From: a bacterium
GTDB lineage: Bacteria > Bdellovibrionota_C > UBA2361 > CALJRW01
Assembly (NCBI GenBank): GCA_031385045.1
Contig: JANNBC010000024.1
Span: forward strand, 256,001 to 320,000
Length of the DNA stretch: 64,000 nucleotides
Reading direction: 5' to 3'
Shown: in pieces, positions 18,083-27,947 of the stretch
Layout of the letters: every line of letters begins with the position of its first letter
How positions within the stretch are numbered: position 1 is the first letter of the stretch
Translations under genes and position numbers: made by a program
Notes under the pieces: model-generated
Databases searched by the model: none
What the model was told of the DNA's origin: nothing
What the model saw: the letters and a program-made list of their open reading frames with translations, nothing else

Positions 18083-18721
18083 ATGCTCATGACTAAGAAA
18101 CTTACGGATCTGGAATTGGTGATTGAACTACAAAATGGTGAAAAATCAGCCTTTGAAGAACTTTTTAAGCGTTATAGTGAAAAGGCCTACCACCTAGCTT
18201 ATCGCATTACTCGAAAAGAGGAAGATGCTGAGGAAATTATCCAAGAAACGTTTATTAATGTTTTTGCTAAAATTAACTCCTTCCAAGGAAAATCAGCATT
18301 TTCTAGCTGGTTATATAGAATTACCTTCAATACAGCCTTAATGAAGCTTAGAAAAAGAAAAAAACACTTAACTTTGCCTTTAGAAACAAATAATCAATCA
18401 GAAGAGTCATTCACTGTTGAATATTGCTCTGAAGAAGAGCACCACCGCTGTGAAGTTTTCCCAATTCGTCATGAATTACGTGGTCATATTGAAAAAGCAG
18501 TTAATTCTCTTCCAGAAGAATACCGTTCAATCTTCGTACTACGTGATATTGATGGCTTAAGTAACCAGGAAGTAAGTGAAATGTTGGACTTAACAATTCC
18601 AGCAATCAAGTCTCGCTTACACCGAGCTCGTCTAATGTTACAAGCTAGATTAGAAAATTATTACAATGATTTTTGTAATGAGACTCTAATCCTGGAAGGA
18701 AACCAAAAACTAGCTGCCTAG
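18083..18721 (+). CDS. ECF sigma-70 factor with no adjacent anti-sigma
   Basis: DAEEIIQETF, FSSWLYRI (region 2); LPEEYRSIFVLRDIDGLS, IKSRLHRAR (region 4); AAGGAG Shine-Dalgarno upstream; ends in LAA. Confidence 0.93.
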   Translation: MLMTKKLTDLELVIELQNGEKSAFEELFKRYSEKAYHLAYRITRKEEDAEEIIQETFINVFAKINSFQGKSAFSSWLYRITFNTALMKLRKRKKHLTLPLETNNQSEESFTVEYCSEEEHHRCEVFPIRHELRGHIEKAVNSLPEEYRSIFVLRDIDGLSNQEVSEMLDLTIPAIKSRLHRARLMLQARLENYYNDFCNETLILEGNQKLAA

Positions 18722-18803
18722 GTGGGTGATGCTTCGTGAAAGTACACTAGGTTTATATCTTGCAGTCTTAATATCCTGATACTTGAGCCTTGTTTGTAAA
18801 TTT

Positions 18804-18823
18804 AGCGACCCCCGCGGGTCGCT
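18804..18823. repeat. GC-rich palindrome, copy 1 of the AGCGACCC-N4-GGGTCGCT family
   Basis: AGCGACCC-CCGC-GGGTCGCT; identical stem at 21706-21725. Confidence 0.75.
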
Positions 18824-18983
18824 CCGAAACTCACATTTATTAAGAAAAGCCTAAATTAATTAAATTTCATATTAGAAATATCGATATAGCGTCAATTTGA
18901 CTAAGAACTACCCATTTGAGATTATCGTTATACTTACCCTCCAAAAATCAACCGGAGATAATAATTTAATTAACAAATGAGAT

Positions 18984-19643
18984 ATGGCATCTTTTTCAAT
19001 ACAATCAGATAGTAACAAATTTGAATATCAGGCTGGTCAGTGGTCACTTACGATAGACACAGCTAGTGGTATGATCAATGATCGCAACATACAAACTGCC
19101 ATCACAGGACCTAAGGCTGGAGAACCGATAGAAGCATTTTTTACTTTTACCAAAACCCCAGGTGCAAATTATGATGCTGGCAAAATTGTGCAAGAACCGG
19201 ATCTTGCTTATCCGATAACCGTAAGAGAACCAATTATTAAAGATGGTTTCTTCCAATTTAGCGCACAGGGTGAAATGCTAACGACAATCGCAGCAAAACG
19301 CTTAGTAGGTTTTATCTTACTAGATTCAGATGGAGAAAAGATCTTAGGACGAGGTTCGTGGAGTAATTTAGCTATTTTTAGCAAAAAAGATTATGAATTT
19401 GATACGGAAAGAAATGTACTTAGAATTGAACAGGACTATTATCGACTAATACAAACCATCGAAGCTGATAAAAATAGACTAGACGGTGTCGCTGGAACTT
19501 TTGTCAAAATTGATCAAAAAAGTGCTCTAGATGCCACACCAGAATTAGTTGTAAATTTTGAACTAGGTCTAGTTGCTAGCATCTTAATTCCAACTAATGC
19601 TGATCAAATTCTAGCCTTGAGAAAATTAAAAAATCGCGATTAA
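18984..19643 (+). CDS. Hypothetical protein
   Basis: 219-aa ORF with normal composition; no recognised motif. Confidence 0.65.
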   Translation: MASFSIQSDSNKFEYQAGQWSLTIDTASGMINDRNIQTAITGPKAGEPIEAFFTFTKTPGANYDAGKIVQEPDLAYPITVREPIIKDGFFQFSAQGEMLTTIAAKRLVGFILLDSDGEKILGRGSWSNLAIFSKKDYEFDTERNVLRIEQDYYRLIQTIEADKNRLDGVAGTFVKIDQKSALDATPELVVNFELGLVASILIPTNADQILALRKLKNRD

Positions 19644-19654
19644 TATAATAATGA

Positions 19655-19689
19655 AAAAAGTAATTTCCATATGGAAATTAGATGGACTC
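19655..19689. repeat. Truncated copy of the long palindromic (MITE-like) family
   Basis: AAAAAGTAATTTCC-ATAT-GGAAATTA-GATGGACTC; matches the copies at 50448 and 59423. Confidence 0.7.
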
Positions 19690-19924
19690 ATTACTGTAAA
19701 TCAAAGATATAAACAATTATTACCTTAAGAAATTATTGAACAAACTTGGACTTCTACCATACAATTCAGCTACTGAAATCTTTGATTTTGCCCCTAAAAA
19801 GCTAAGCTAAGCCAATTGAAATGTCATTTAAGATTATTATTGGCAATAAAGGGCCTAGAATACCCATTTTGACCATCTAGGATTACAGAATCAGCTAATG
19901 AAATTTCTTCGATATGCTTGAACT

Positions 19925-20662
19925 ATGCTGAAGTTAAGCTCTAATCAAATTACCAAATCAAACGCACTACATTCCTATCCGATTAATTTAACAGCTTTAA
20001 ATCGAGATTTACGCCTTGATGTGATTAATGGCTTTTTAATCTCCCAGGGGCTACTCCCCTTAAGTCGACTTGGTGATGCAAATAATGGAGAGTTAGAATT
20101 TACAGGGATAAATTCCTTTTGGGCCGATCCATTTGTTTCTAGAATTGATTTTCAAACTAAATGTTTAAATCGTGAGTTTAATCATCTTTGCTTTTTAAGC
20201 CCAGCGAGTGATGGTTGTTCTGGGACAATCGTTGTACCCGTTGTAAATAATCAGTATCTTTTACTTGTTGAACAATTTCGACCAACTGTAGGGGTGAGAA
20301 CTCTGGAAGTACCTCGAGGATTTATAAATCCAGAAGAATCAAACAGAATTAATAATTCCTTTGGAAATGCATTAAGGGAATTCTCTGAAGAAACTGGTTT
20401 AGACCAGACAAAAATTGCCTACTTTCCAAATTTAGTTGGAGAGGTTTTTGAAAACTCTGGAGTTTCCACAAATAAGAATAAGGTCTATCGGGTAGCAATC
20501 ACTGTTCCTGAGGAACAATTAAATAACTTAATTAAAACAAATCATTTAGATCAAGGAGAAGTTGATCAATTTGTTAGTACTCGGTTAGTAGAATTCAAAG
20601 ACCTAAAACTTGTGATTAAAGACCAACATTCAGCTAGTGCAATTTGGCTAGCACTAAACTAA
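19925..20662 (+). CDS. NUDIX hydrolase (ADP-ribose pyrophosphatase-like)
   Basis: LLVEQFRP, LEVPRGF, ALREFSEETGL; Nudix box with about 5 extra residues. Confidence 0.85.
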   Translation: MLKLSSNQITKSNALHSYPINLTALNRDLRLDVINGFLISQGLLPLSRLGDANNGELEFTGINSFWADPFVSRIDFQTKCLNREFNHLCFLSPASDGCSGTIVVPVVNNQYLLLVEQFRPTVGVRTLEVPRGFINPEESNRINNSFGNALREFSEETGLDQTKIAYFPNLVGEVFENSGVSTNKNKVYRVAITVPEEQLNNLIKTNHLDQGEVDQFVSTRLVEFKDLKLVIKDQHSASAIWLALN

Positions 20663-20665
20663 ATC

Positions 20666-21553
20666 CTACATAAGATTTTCTTGAGTCAAAATATTTAACA
20701 GGTACTGCCCATAGGAATTTTTTCTTAGGTTATTGGCATTTTCTAGAAGCTGATCTTTATTAATAAACTTCATAAAATAGGCAATCTCTTCCGGACATGA
20801 AATCATCGAACCTTGTCTTTCTTCTAATGTTTGGATGTAATTGCATGCCTGTAAATATGATTCAAATGTTCCTGTATCTAGCCAAGCAAATCCTCTGCCT
20901 AAGACTTCCAGGGAAAGTTCTCCGCGTTCCACATAAACTTTATTAAGATCTGTAATTTCCAATTCCCCTCGTGGAGAAGGCTTTAAGCTTTTAGCATATT
21001 CGCAAACATTATTATCATAAAAATAAAGTCCAGTTATTGCAAAGCTGGATGTCGGCTTACTAGGTTTTTCAACTAATTCCGTAACCTTGCCATCCTTACC
21101 AAAAGTTGCCACTCCATATCTTTCTGGATCTTTCACATGATATGCAAAAATAGTTGCTCCTTTATTTCGGGCAGAAGCTCGACCCATGGTCTCGGGCAAG
21201 CCATGCCCATAAAAAAGGTTATCACCCAAGACCATCGCGACCGGTCGACCAGCCATAAACTCTTCGCCAATAATGAAGGCTTGTGCCAGCCCGTCGGGAG
21301 ACGGTTGAACTGCGTAGGAAATTTTTATACCAAACTGAGAACCATCGCTTAATAAATTCTGAAAGGCAGCTTGATCTTGAGGAGTTGTAATGATCAAAAT
21401 ATCTCGAATCCCTGCCAACATTAAAGTCGACAAGGGATAATATATCATTGGCTTATTATAAATTGGGAGAAGCTGTTTACTAACAGACTTAGTAACAGGG
21501 AAAAGACGTGTCCCAGAGCCTCCGGCTAAAATAATTCCACAGTAGTTATTCAT
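20666..21553 (-). CDS. rfbA: Glucose-1-phosphate thymidylyltransferase
   Basis: [61 protein letters not shown]. Confidence 0.97.
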   Translation of the reverse strand: MNNYCGIILAGGSGTRLFPVTKSVSKQLLPIYNKPMIYYPLSTLMLAGIRDILIITTPQDQAAFQNLLSDGSQFGIKISYAVQPSPDGLAQAFIIGEEFMAGRPVAMVLGDNLFYGHGLPETMGRASARNKGATIFAYHVKDPERYGVATFGKDGKVTELVEKPSKPTSSFAITGLYFYDNNVCEYAKSLKPSPRGELEITDLNKVYVERGELSLEVLGRGFAWLDTGTFESYLQACNYIQTLEERQGSMISCPEEIAYFMKFINKDQLLENANNLRKNSYGQYLLNILTQENLM

Positions 21554-21671
21554 TATTTATACGCTAAATATTTGGTTCATATACTAAAACCCATTGGGTA
21601 TTTCCTAACAGCTTGGAAAAAATCTAATAGATTTTTCAGTGTTTTGGCTTTCAGTATATTTGTCTTCCCTA

Positions 21672-21725
21672 GTCCTCAGCCTTATAAAATAATGCTGAGG
21701 ACCTCAGCGACCCCCAAGGGTCGCT
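21672..21725. repeat. Two adjacent hairpins, including copy 2 of the AGCGACCC palindrome
   Basis: GTCCTCAGC...GCTGAGGAC (21672-21702), then AGCGACCC-CCAA-GGGTCGCT (21706-21725). Confidence 0.75.
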
Positions 21726-21857
21726 TCAAGTGCTCCGCACTTGATATACTAAGCGCCTTTGTATGTTCGGTAATTTTCAATGTCGCTTAGTATATTTAGC
21801 ATAAAAATTAAATTATTCAAAAATACTATTTTATTGGATAGTTATAATACCAAAAGC

Positions 21858-22409
21858 CTAATCGAGCTTAAGTAATTGACTACGAACTCGCTGACTTAGC
21901 GGATACTCAGAAAGCCAGATGCCTAAATAATACTGGGCAAATTTGGAATTATTAATTGTTGGAAAAGTCTGATTGGGGTTGCTCAGTGTTAATCCCTGAT
22001 TGGTGATATAGGTTAAAAAATACTGATCATCTCGATCAACATCACTGTAATAATTGCTAACCTGATCTATTTCTTTCTGGTACTCAGTAAATATAAAATT
22101 GGGGTTCTTTTTTAAAGTATCAACTGCACCATCAACAATTCTTTTTTTATCAATTTTACGGTGATATTTAAAATGAAGAAATTTAGATATTTGTGGATCG
22201 AGTACATTTCCGGTTAAATTAGGCTGATCAACATAGAGCCCAATAGAATAAATATCCATAAACAAATAAGTAAAATCTGATTTACCTACTAAATAAAACT
22301 GGACACCAGAGCGTTCAATAGTTTTAGGATAACAACTAACTTCGGAACAAAGCTCTTCAGCCTGAGTGTTAATTGCCATTAATAAAAATAAAAAAAATAA
22401 TCGAATCAT
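21858..22409 (-). CDS. Exported chalcone-isomerase-like (fatty-acid-binding) protein
   Basis: Signal peptide; G...YLFMDIYSIGLY, F.YHRKI, FAQYYLGIWLS.....RSQLL; operon context. Confidence 0.75.
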   Translation of the reverse strand: MIRLFFLFLLMAINTQAEELCSEVSCYPKTIERSGVQFYLVGKSDFTYLFMDIYSIGLYVDQPNLTGNVLDPQISKFLHFKYHRKIDKKRIVDGAVDTLKKNPNFIFTEYQKEIDQVSNYYSDVDRDDQYFLTYITNQGLTLSNPNQTFPTINNSKFAQYYLGIWLSEYPLSQRVRSQLLKLD

Positions 22410-23137
22410 TAATTTGTCTTTAAACTGCCTAAGCCTCCATCAACAGCAATTATTTGCCCAGTAATCCATGTTGCTCGATCGGAGATTAAAAAATCTACTA
22501 AATTTACTAAATCATCGGTTGTTCCAAGACGTTTTAAGGCGTGCATTTTTTCAGAAACCTTAAGGCTATTTTCATTATTAAAAATAGATTCAGTCATTGG
22601 CGTGCGCGTAAGCCCCGGAGCAATAGCATTAAAGCGAATGTTTTTTCCTGCATATGTTGCCGAGGCGGAAAGTACTAAGCCATTAACAGCGCCCTTAGCA
22701 GCAGAGATTGCTTCGTGATTTGGGAGTCCAATTTGTGAGGCCGCAGAAGTAAATAAAATCACACTTCCACCATTTGGAGCTAAAAATCTTCCAGCAGCAC
22801 GAACAGTCGCAAAGGCAGTTGTTATATTCTTACTAATTACTTGCTCATATTCCAGTGACGACACTAAATGTGCCGGTTTAAGCAGAACAGATCCACAACA
22901 ATTAACCACTGCATCAATCCTACCAAAAACATCAGTAGCATTTTGAAAAACACGATTAACCTGCTCAAAATCACTACAATCTGCGACAGCATAATTTGCT
23001 AGCAGCTTATTGGCGAGACTAATTAGCTCCGCCTCATGTCGAGCTACTAAAAAACATTTCCAACCAGTAGCTGATAATCTTTGGCTTAAATCACTTCCAA
23101 CTCCGCCAGTAGCACCAAGGATAATTACATTTTTCAT
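22409..23137 (-). CDS. SDR-family oxidoreductase
   Basis: GATGGVG, NAIAPGL, ITGQIIAVDGG; catalytic Tyr replaced (HEAISAAK). Confidence 0.9.
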   Translation of the reverse strand: MKNVIILGATGGVGSDLSQRLSATGWKCFLVARHEAELISLANKLLANYAVADCSDFEQVNRVFQNATDVFGRIDAVVNCCGSVLLKPAHLVSSLEYEQVISKNITTAFATVRAAGRFLAPNGGSVILFTSAASQIGLPNHEAISAAKGAVNGLVLSASATYAGKNIRFNAIAPGLTRTPMTESIFNNENSLKVSEKMHALKRLGTTDDLVNLVDFLISDRATWITGQIIAVDGGLGSLKTN

Positions 23138-23142
23138 TGGAG

Positions 23143-23595
23143 CTAATATTTATTAAGTTTTGTTTTAATCCATTTGATAATTATGGACAGCACTGGGATT
23201 CTTTCATAAATAAAATCTCCAACATCATAGTAATCACGTTGATATTTTACTAGTTGAGTTTGAGGATCAAAGACTAAATGAGAAATACCTGGAACACTAA
23301 AAAGCTTCCCATGATTAAGCTTAGGGGCCTGCAAATGCATTGTCCAAAAGGCAGAAATTTTTTGCCCCTCACAAATAAAATCAGTAAATTCAAATTTTAT
23401 CTCCTCGACTGGCTGATAAATATGACTATAGTATGCTTTAATTTTGGATCCCCCACTAAGATCTACTAGCGGATCAATAAAATGAGCCTCAGAATGATAA
23501 AAAGTATCTACTAAATTAATATTTGTGGCACTTAGATTTGCAAAAAAATACTTAATTTTTTCTATCAGTGGATTTTCAATTACGCCGTTAGACAT
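23143..23595 (-). CDS. SnoaL-like / NTF2-family protein
   Basis: FY...AHFIDP, W.M, YQRDYYD.....YERIPVL. Confidence 0.85.
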   Translation of the reverse strand: MSNGVIENPLIEKIKYFFANLSATNINLVDTFYHSEAHFIDPLVDLSGGSKIKAYYSHIYQPVEEIKFEFTDFICEGQKISAFWTMHLQAPKLNHGKLFSVPGISHLVFDPQTQLVKYQRDYYDVGDFIYERIPVLSIIIKWIKTKLNKY

Positions 23596-25663
23596 TTGCC
23601 GACCTTTGAGAAAAGTATTTTTGATTTAAAACCTGCCGATCTTCACTACAAAGAACTTGATTGTTCGGCCTAGTCAATGTCAGGTGTAAAACATTAAGAG
23701 TTCTAGTTGCAAATGCAGATTCACAATATGCCAGGTAATAGTTCCAAGCTCGAATAAAACGTTCATCAAAACCTAACTTAAAAACCTGATTTAAATTTCG
23801 ATTAAAGCGCTTACGCCATTCCGCCAAAGTTGGAGCATAATGGGGGCCAATATTAGTAATCTCCTCAATTTCGAGTTCTGAATTTTTACGCAAGGCAATT
23901 TGTAATGCTTCTAATGAAGGGAGTAAAGAGCCTGGAAAGATATGTTTTTGAATCCAATCACAACGATTTTTTAGACGTTCAAAATATTGATCGTGAATGG
24001 TTATTACTTGCAATGCAATTAATCCATTGGGCTTAAGTAACTTTTCACAGGTTCTAAAAAAACTTTGATAATTTTTATGACCAATAGCCTCAAGCATCTC
24101 GATTGAAACTATCTTATCAAATTGACCGGTAACCTCCCGATAGTCACAGAATTTAATTTCAACTAAATGCTCTAGCTTTGCTTCCTTCACTCGCTCCTTT
24201 GCCAAATTAAATTGCTCCTGTGAAATAGTGATACTTGTCACATGGCAACCAACTTGTTTCGCTAGAGTAATTGCGAAAGAGCCCCAGCCACTACCAATTT
24301 CTAAAACATGATCAGCCTTAGTAATCCTTGCTTTCCTAATTAAAGAATCAATCTTATTTGCTTGAGCCGCCTCTAGGATAGTGCATTCCGGACTATAAAG
24401 TGCAGAAGAATACATCATGCTAGAATCTAAGAAAGTTTTGAAGAGATCATTACTTAAATCATAATGAGCCGAAATATTCTTCTTGGCACCAGCTAAGGAA
24501 TTAAAACGAAAGAGATGTCTCAAAAATTCTACCTTATCAAAAAAATAGTTAATGATGCGGTTTCTCTTTTCAATTTTTTCTTTATTAGCAATAAAATAAT
24601 CAACTACAGCAGTTATATCTCCAGTTTCCCAAAGTTTATCGGTATATGACTCCCCTAAGCCAATTGCACCATCGCGAACTAGTCTCCAAAAAAACTCATA
24701 ATGCTGAACTTGAATTTCCGCTTGAGGCAGTTGTTGTGCATCACCAAAAAATAAAATGCGATTATCTGGCAAAATAATTTTTAGAAACCCACGATCGAAT
24801 CCCCGAAACAACTTGATAATCTTATTTTGTGCCAAACTGTGTAAATAACTTGGAGGTCCAGTAAAAATAGTATGAGCACTGACTGGCTTAGGCTTTCTAA
24901 ATACTGGTAATTTTTTAATATAATACATCTTGGCCGCCTGATAGACTATCCTTGGATAAGTTAGACTTGCCGTCAGGGGAAACTTAACAAATATTTTTAA
25001 TAAATTTATAGTATTAAACTCGGCTCCCTCTCCCCAAACTCTAGAATAAAAATCTACCTTAACTTGCCTATCCTTCTCTCGCAGAACATTAATCTTAATA
25101 TCTAGTTGTTCCTCTGGCTCTGTTAACCAAAAATCATACATACCATCCATTGGATAAAAGGGTGAAACATGAAAGGATTTGGGTACAGTATAATGTTTAG
25201 CATATTTAGACTTGTCATCTAAACTTAATTCTTGGTGTAATAAGTAGAGGTGGCGCTCCGAAAAAGTATTATTCACTTCGGAAACAACGTAGATCAGTTC
25301 ATCTACCTTATTGTAACAGTAATAAAAACTTACCGGATTAAAAACATAATTAAAGTACCTGGCACTTGTAATTAAAACGATGCGCTCAATCTGCTGATTT
25401 AAGTTATTTTTGGATAAGTAACTTAATACTTTTTCTTTAATTGTTAATCCAGAATTATCTAGATAATCTTGGTCGAAAATAGCGGCCACTCTTTTTTTAT
25501 TATATCCAAAAATCCAAGAATTAAAGCTAGGTAATTCATCTAAGTCTAGCGCATAGAAGTAGACAGGATAGGCGAAAGTATGATCAACGGGACCAGTGCG
25601 ACTGTGCATCACCCTACCAGCATAAATCTTTGATCGTGGCTTAGAAGCTAATAAACTAGCCAT
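23588..25663 (-). CDS. Fusion of DUF1365 (UfaO-like) and cyclopropane-fatty-acyl-phospholipid synthase-family methyltransferase
   Basis: N-terminal DUF1365 motifs H.R..P..H.F.Y, FNPVSFYYC, EVNNTF.ERH.Y, KSFHVSPF. C-terminal CFA motifs GLGESY, NISAHYDLSNDLF, LEIGSGWG, FDKIVSIEM, YLAYCE. Confidence 0.9.
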   Translation of the reverse strand: MASLLASKPRSKIYAGRVMHSRTGPVDHTFAYPVYFYALDLDELPSFNSWIFGYNKKRVAAIFDQDYLDNSGLTIKEKVLSYLSKNNLNQQIERIVLITSARYFNYVFNPVSFYYCYNKVDELIYVVSEVNNTFSERHLYLLHQELSLDDKSKYAKHYTVPKSFHVSPFYPMDGMYDFWLTEPEEQLDIKINVLREKDRQVKVDFYSRVWGEGAEFNTINLLKIFVKFPLTASLTYPRIVYQAAKMYYIKKLPVFRKPKPVSAHTIFTGPPSYLHSLAQNKIIKLFRGFDRGFLKIILPDNRILFFGDAQQLPQAEIQVQHYEFFWRLVRDGAIGLGESYTDKLWETGDITAVVDYFIANKEKIEKRNRIINYFFDKVEFLRHLFRFNSLAGAKKNISAHYDLSNDLFKTFLDSSMMYSSALYSPECTILEAAQANKIDSLIRKARITKADHVLEIGSGWGSFAITLAKQVGCHVTSITISQEQFNLAKERVKEAKLEHLVEIKFCDYREVTGQFDKIVSIEMLEAIGHKNYQSFFRTCEKLLKPNGLIALQVITIHDQYFERLKNRCDWIQKHIFPGSLLPSLEALQIALRKNSELEIEEITNIGPHYAPTLAEWRKRFNRNLNQVFKLGFDERFIRAWNYYLAYCESAFATRTLNVLHLTLTRPNNQVLCSEDRQVLNQKYFSQRSANV

Positions 25664-26910
25664 TAGATAAGTGCCTTAACTTTAAAATGACTAGCTAAGT
25701 TATTGGCTGAGACAACTGCATCTTCATGGAACCCATAGCCCAAATAGCTTCCACAATAAAAAACATTGGAGCGACCATTAAGAGATTTAACTTGTCCCTG
25801 TGTAATTAAGTTTTCACTAGTAAATAAAGGATGATAATAATCAAATTCTTGAATAATTTTATCTGGTGCAATAGTATGGTTAGGACTTAGAGTTACTAAA
25901 TATCGCTCTTTAGTTGTTAAGCCCTGCAAGCGATTCATATCATAAGTTACTGAAAGGTTTTGCCCATCTTTAGTTTCTTCAGCATTATAATTCCAAGAGG
26001 CCCAAGCACGGGAGTTTTTTGGCAAGACAGAAATATCCGTATGGAGCACAGTCCGGTTAAAGTTATATTGCCACTTTGAAAAACAGTATGACTCTTCTTT
26101 GGAAGGATTGCTAAAAATCGGGAGGACTTGATCAGCGTGAACTGCAAAAATTAAATAATCAAATTTCTGTTCGCTGTCTTCAGTTTTAACAGTGACGCCA
26201 ATATCTCCTCTAGTAACATTTTCTATCCGAGCATTTAAAATAATCTCCCCGGAGAATGTTTCTTTAAATTTTTTGACGTACTCTTGACTACCACCAACAA
26301 CAGTTTGCCAGCGCGGTCGATCTTTTAGTGAAAGTAGGCCGTGATTCTTAAAGAAGTTCAAAAAAGTGAATGCTGGAAACTGCAACATGTCCTCGCTTGG
26401 TGTTGACCATATGGAGGCTCCAATTGGCAAAACATAATCATAAATTAATTCGTAACTATATTTTTTTGATTTTAAATACTCACCGAGTGTTAACCCTAAC
26501 AAGCCATTACCAATCAAATCTTGAGTGGAGTTTTTGCAAAAGGCTTTTAATTCTAGTAAAAATCGATAAAATTTAGGATTAAAGAGATTAAGCCGATCGG
26601 CAAAAAAACCATTTAAGCCCGTTCCAGCATAGGCTAATTTTCGCGATTTAGAATGAAATGAAAAGGACATATCTGAATAGCGAATGGGGACGTCCAAGGC
26701 ATTCAGAAATCTGGTAAATGTAGGGTAAGTCTGATCATTTAAAACAATAAAGCCTGTATCGACAGCTAGTCCAGGTTTAATTTCAATTGTATTAGTGTGA
26801 CCCCCCAGATAGGCATTAGCCTCAAAAATTGTAACATTATAATCCTTCTGTAGCAGGTAAGCTGAAACAATCCCTGCTACACCTCCTCCGATGATTGCAA
26901 CTTTTCTCAT
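25663..26910 (-). CDS. FAD-dependent oxidoreductase/desaturase (UfaD/RSP1091-like)
   Basis: IIGGGVAG, LGGHTNT, VDTGFIVLN..TYP, SDMSFS, AWASWNY, YGFHED. Confidence 0.88.
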   Translation of the reverse strand: MRKVAIIGGGVAGIVSAYLLQKDYNVTIFEANAYLGGHTNTIEIKPGLAVDTGFIVLNDQTYPTFTRFLNALDVPIRYSDMSFSFHSKSRKLAYAGTGLNGFFADRLNLFNPKFYRFLLELKAFCKNSTQDLIGNGLLGLTLGEYLKSKKYSYELIYDYVLPIGASIWSTPSEDMLQFPAFTFLNFFKNHGLLSLKDRPRWQTVVGGSQEYVKKFKETFSGEIILNARIENVTRGDIGVTVKTEDSEQKFDYLIFAVHADQVLPIFSNPSKEESYCFSKWQYNFNRTVLHTDISVLPKNSRAWASWNYNAEETKDGQNLSVTYDMNRLQGLTTKERYLVTLSPNHTIAPDKIIQEFDYYHPLFTSENLITQGQVKSLNGRSNVFYCGSYLGYGFHEDAVVSANNLASHFKVKALI

Positions 26911-27929
26911 GTCTGCTTTGGTTTAAATAAATAATGGCTAACTAGCCACTCTTGACCATCACGATATCCAAACAATTCGGCGCAAGCCAAAAAGAAAATC
27001 AGCCAGCGACGATACCAAAGTTTAGCTGATTTTCTGCCATATGTCTGCTCTAAGATTGGCATTACTAAATGCTTATTCTGTTTAATATTATTCGCCCAGG
27101 CATTGGCAGTTTTTTGATAATTAGTCCCAGAGACATCCCATTGCTCTGTGATTTCTAAATCTTGATCATATTGATAAAATAACTTCTTACTTGGCATAGT
27201 TCCACCTGCAAAAAAATATTTAGCCATCCACTGATCTTCTCGATGCTCATCAAAAAAATAGGTTAATTTTCGATGACAAAAAATATGAACAAAAAGTAAG
27301 CCTTGCGGGTCAAGCCACTTAGCAATTTTCTTAAATAGCATTGAGTAATTACGCAGATGTTCAAACATTTCAACCGAGACAATTCGGTCAAAGGTCTCAC
27401 TAAGCTCTAAATCATTAATATCCTTGGTAATCACTTGTAAATTACTAAGCCCTCTAGCCTCAGCAGTAGCCAAAATAAATTCTCTTTGAATTCTGGAATT
27501 AGACACAGCAGTAACAAGAGAATCAGGAAACTGCTTGGCTAAATAAAGAGAAAGTGAACCCCAACCACATCCTAGTTCCAAAATTCTGTGTCCATTTTGG
27601 ATTTGGGCGCGGGTTGCAATTTCAGCCAAAGAATCCAACTCTGCCTCTGCCAAGGTCTGAACTCCAGGAAAAAAAGTTGACCCGCTGTACTTTAAATTTG
27701 GACCCAAAACATTGATGAAAAACTCATAGGGCAATTCATAGTGTTGCTGATTTGCTTCCTTACTAGCTAAAGATATTTGTCCAGACTGTAAATTTGCCAA
27801 ACTTTCGGCAATTTGATTCTGCTGTTGATTCTCCTTTGCAAGTCGTTTTTCCAATAAACTTCTAATCCCATAGCGAATAATGCTATCTGGTATAGGTAAA
27901 TTTTCAACAATTTCAGTGCTTAAGCTCAT
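26907..27929 (-). CDS. SAM-dependent methyltransferase, CFA-synthase/CmaS family
   Basis: ANQQHYELP, LKYS, LELGCGWGS, VSVEMFEH, WMAKYFF.GG.MP, ACAELF. Confidence 0.9.
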   Translation of the reverse strand: MSLSTEIVENLPIPDSIIRYGIRSLLEKRLAKENQQQNQIAESLANLQSGQISLASKEANQQHYELPYEFFINVLGPNLKYSGSTFFPGVQTLAEAELDSLAEIATRAQIQNGHRILELGCGWGSLSLYLAKQFPDSLVTAVSNSRIQREFILATAEARGLSNLQVITKDINDLELSETFDRIVSVEMFEHLRNYSMLFKKIAKWLDPQGLLFVHIFCHRKLTYFFDEHREDQWMAKYFFAGGTMPSKKLFYQYDQDLEITEQWDVSGTNYQKTANAWANNIKQNKHLVMPILEQTYGRKSAKLWYRRWLIFFLACAELFGYRDGQEWLVSHYLFKPKQT

Positions 27930-27947
27930 GATAAATCTTTATATAGA

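Noticed and set aside
21572..21790. 72-aa intergenic ORF
   Set aside because: It has a non-ATG start, runs through palindromic repeats and has no recognisable features.
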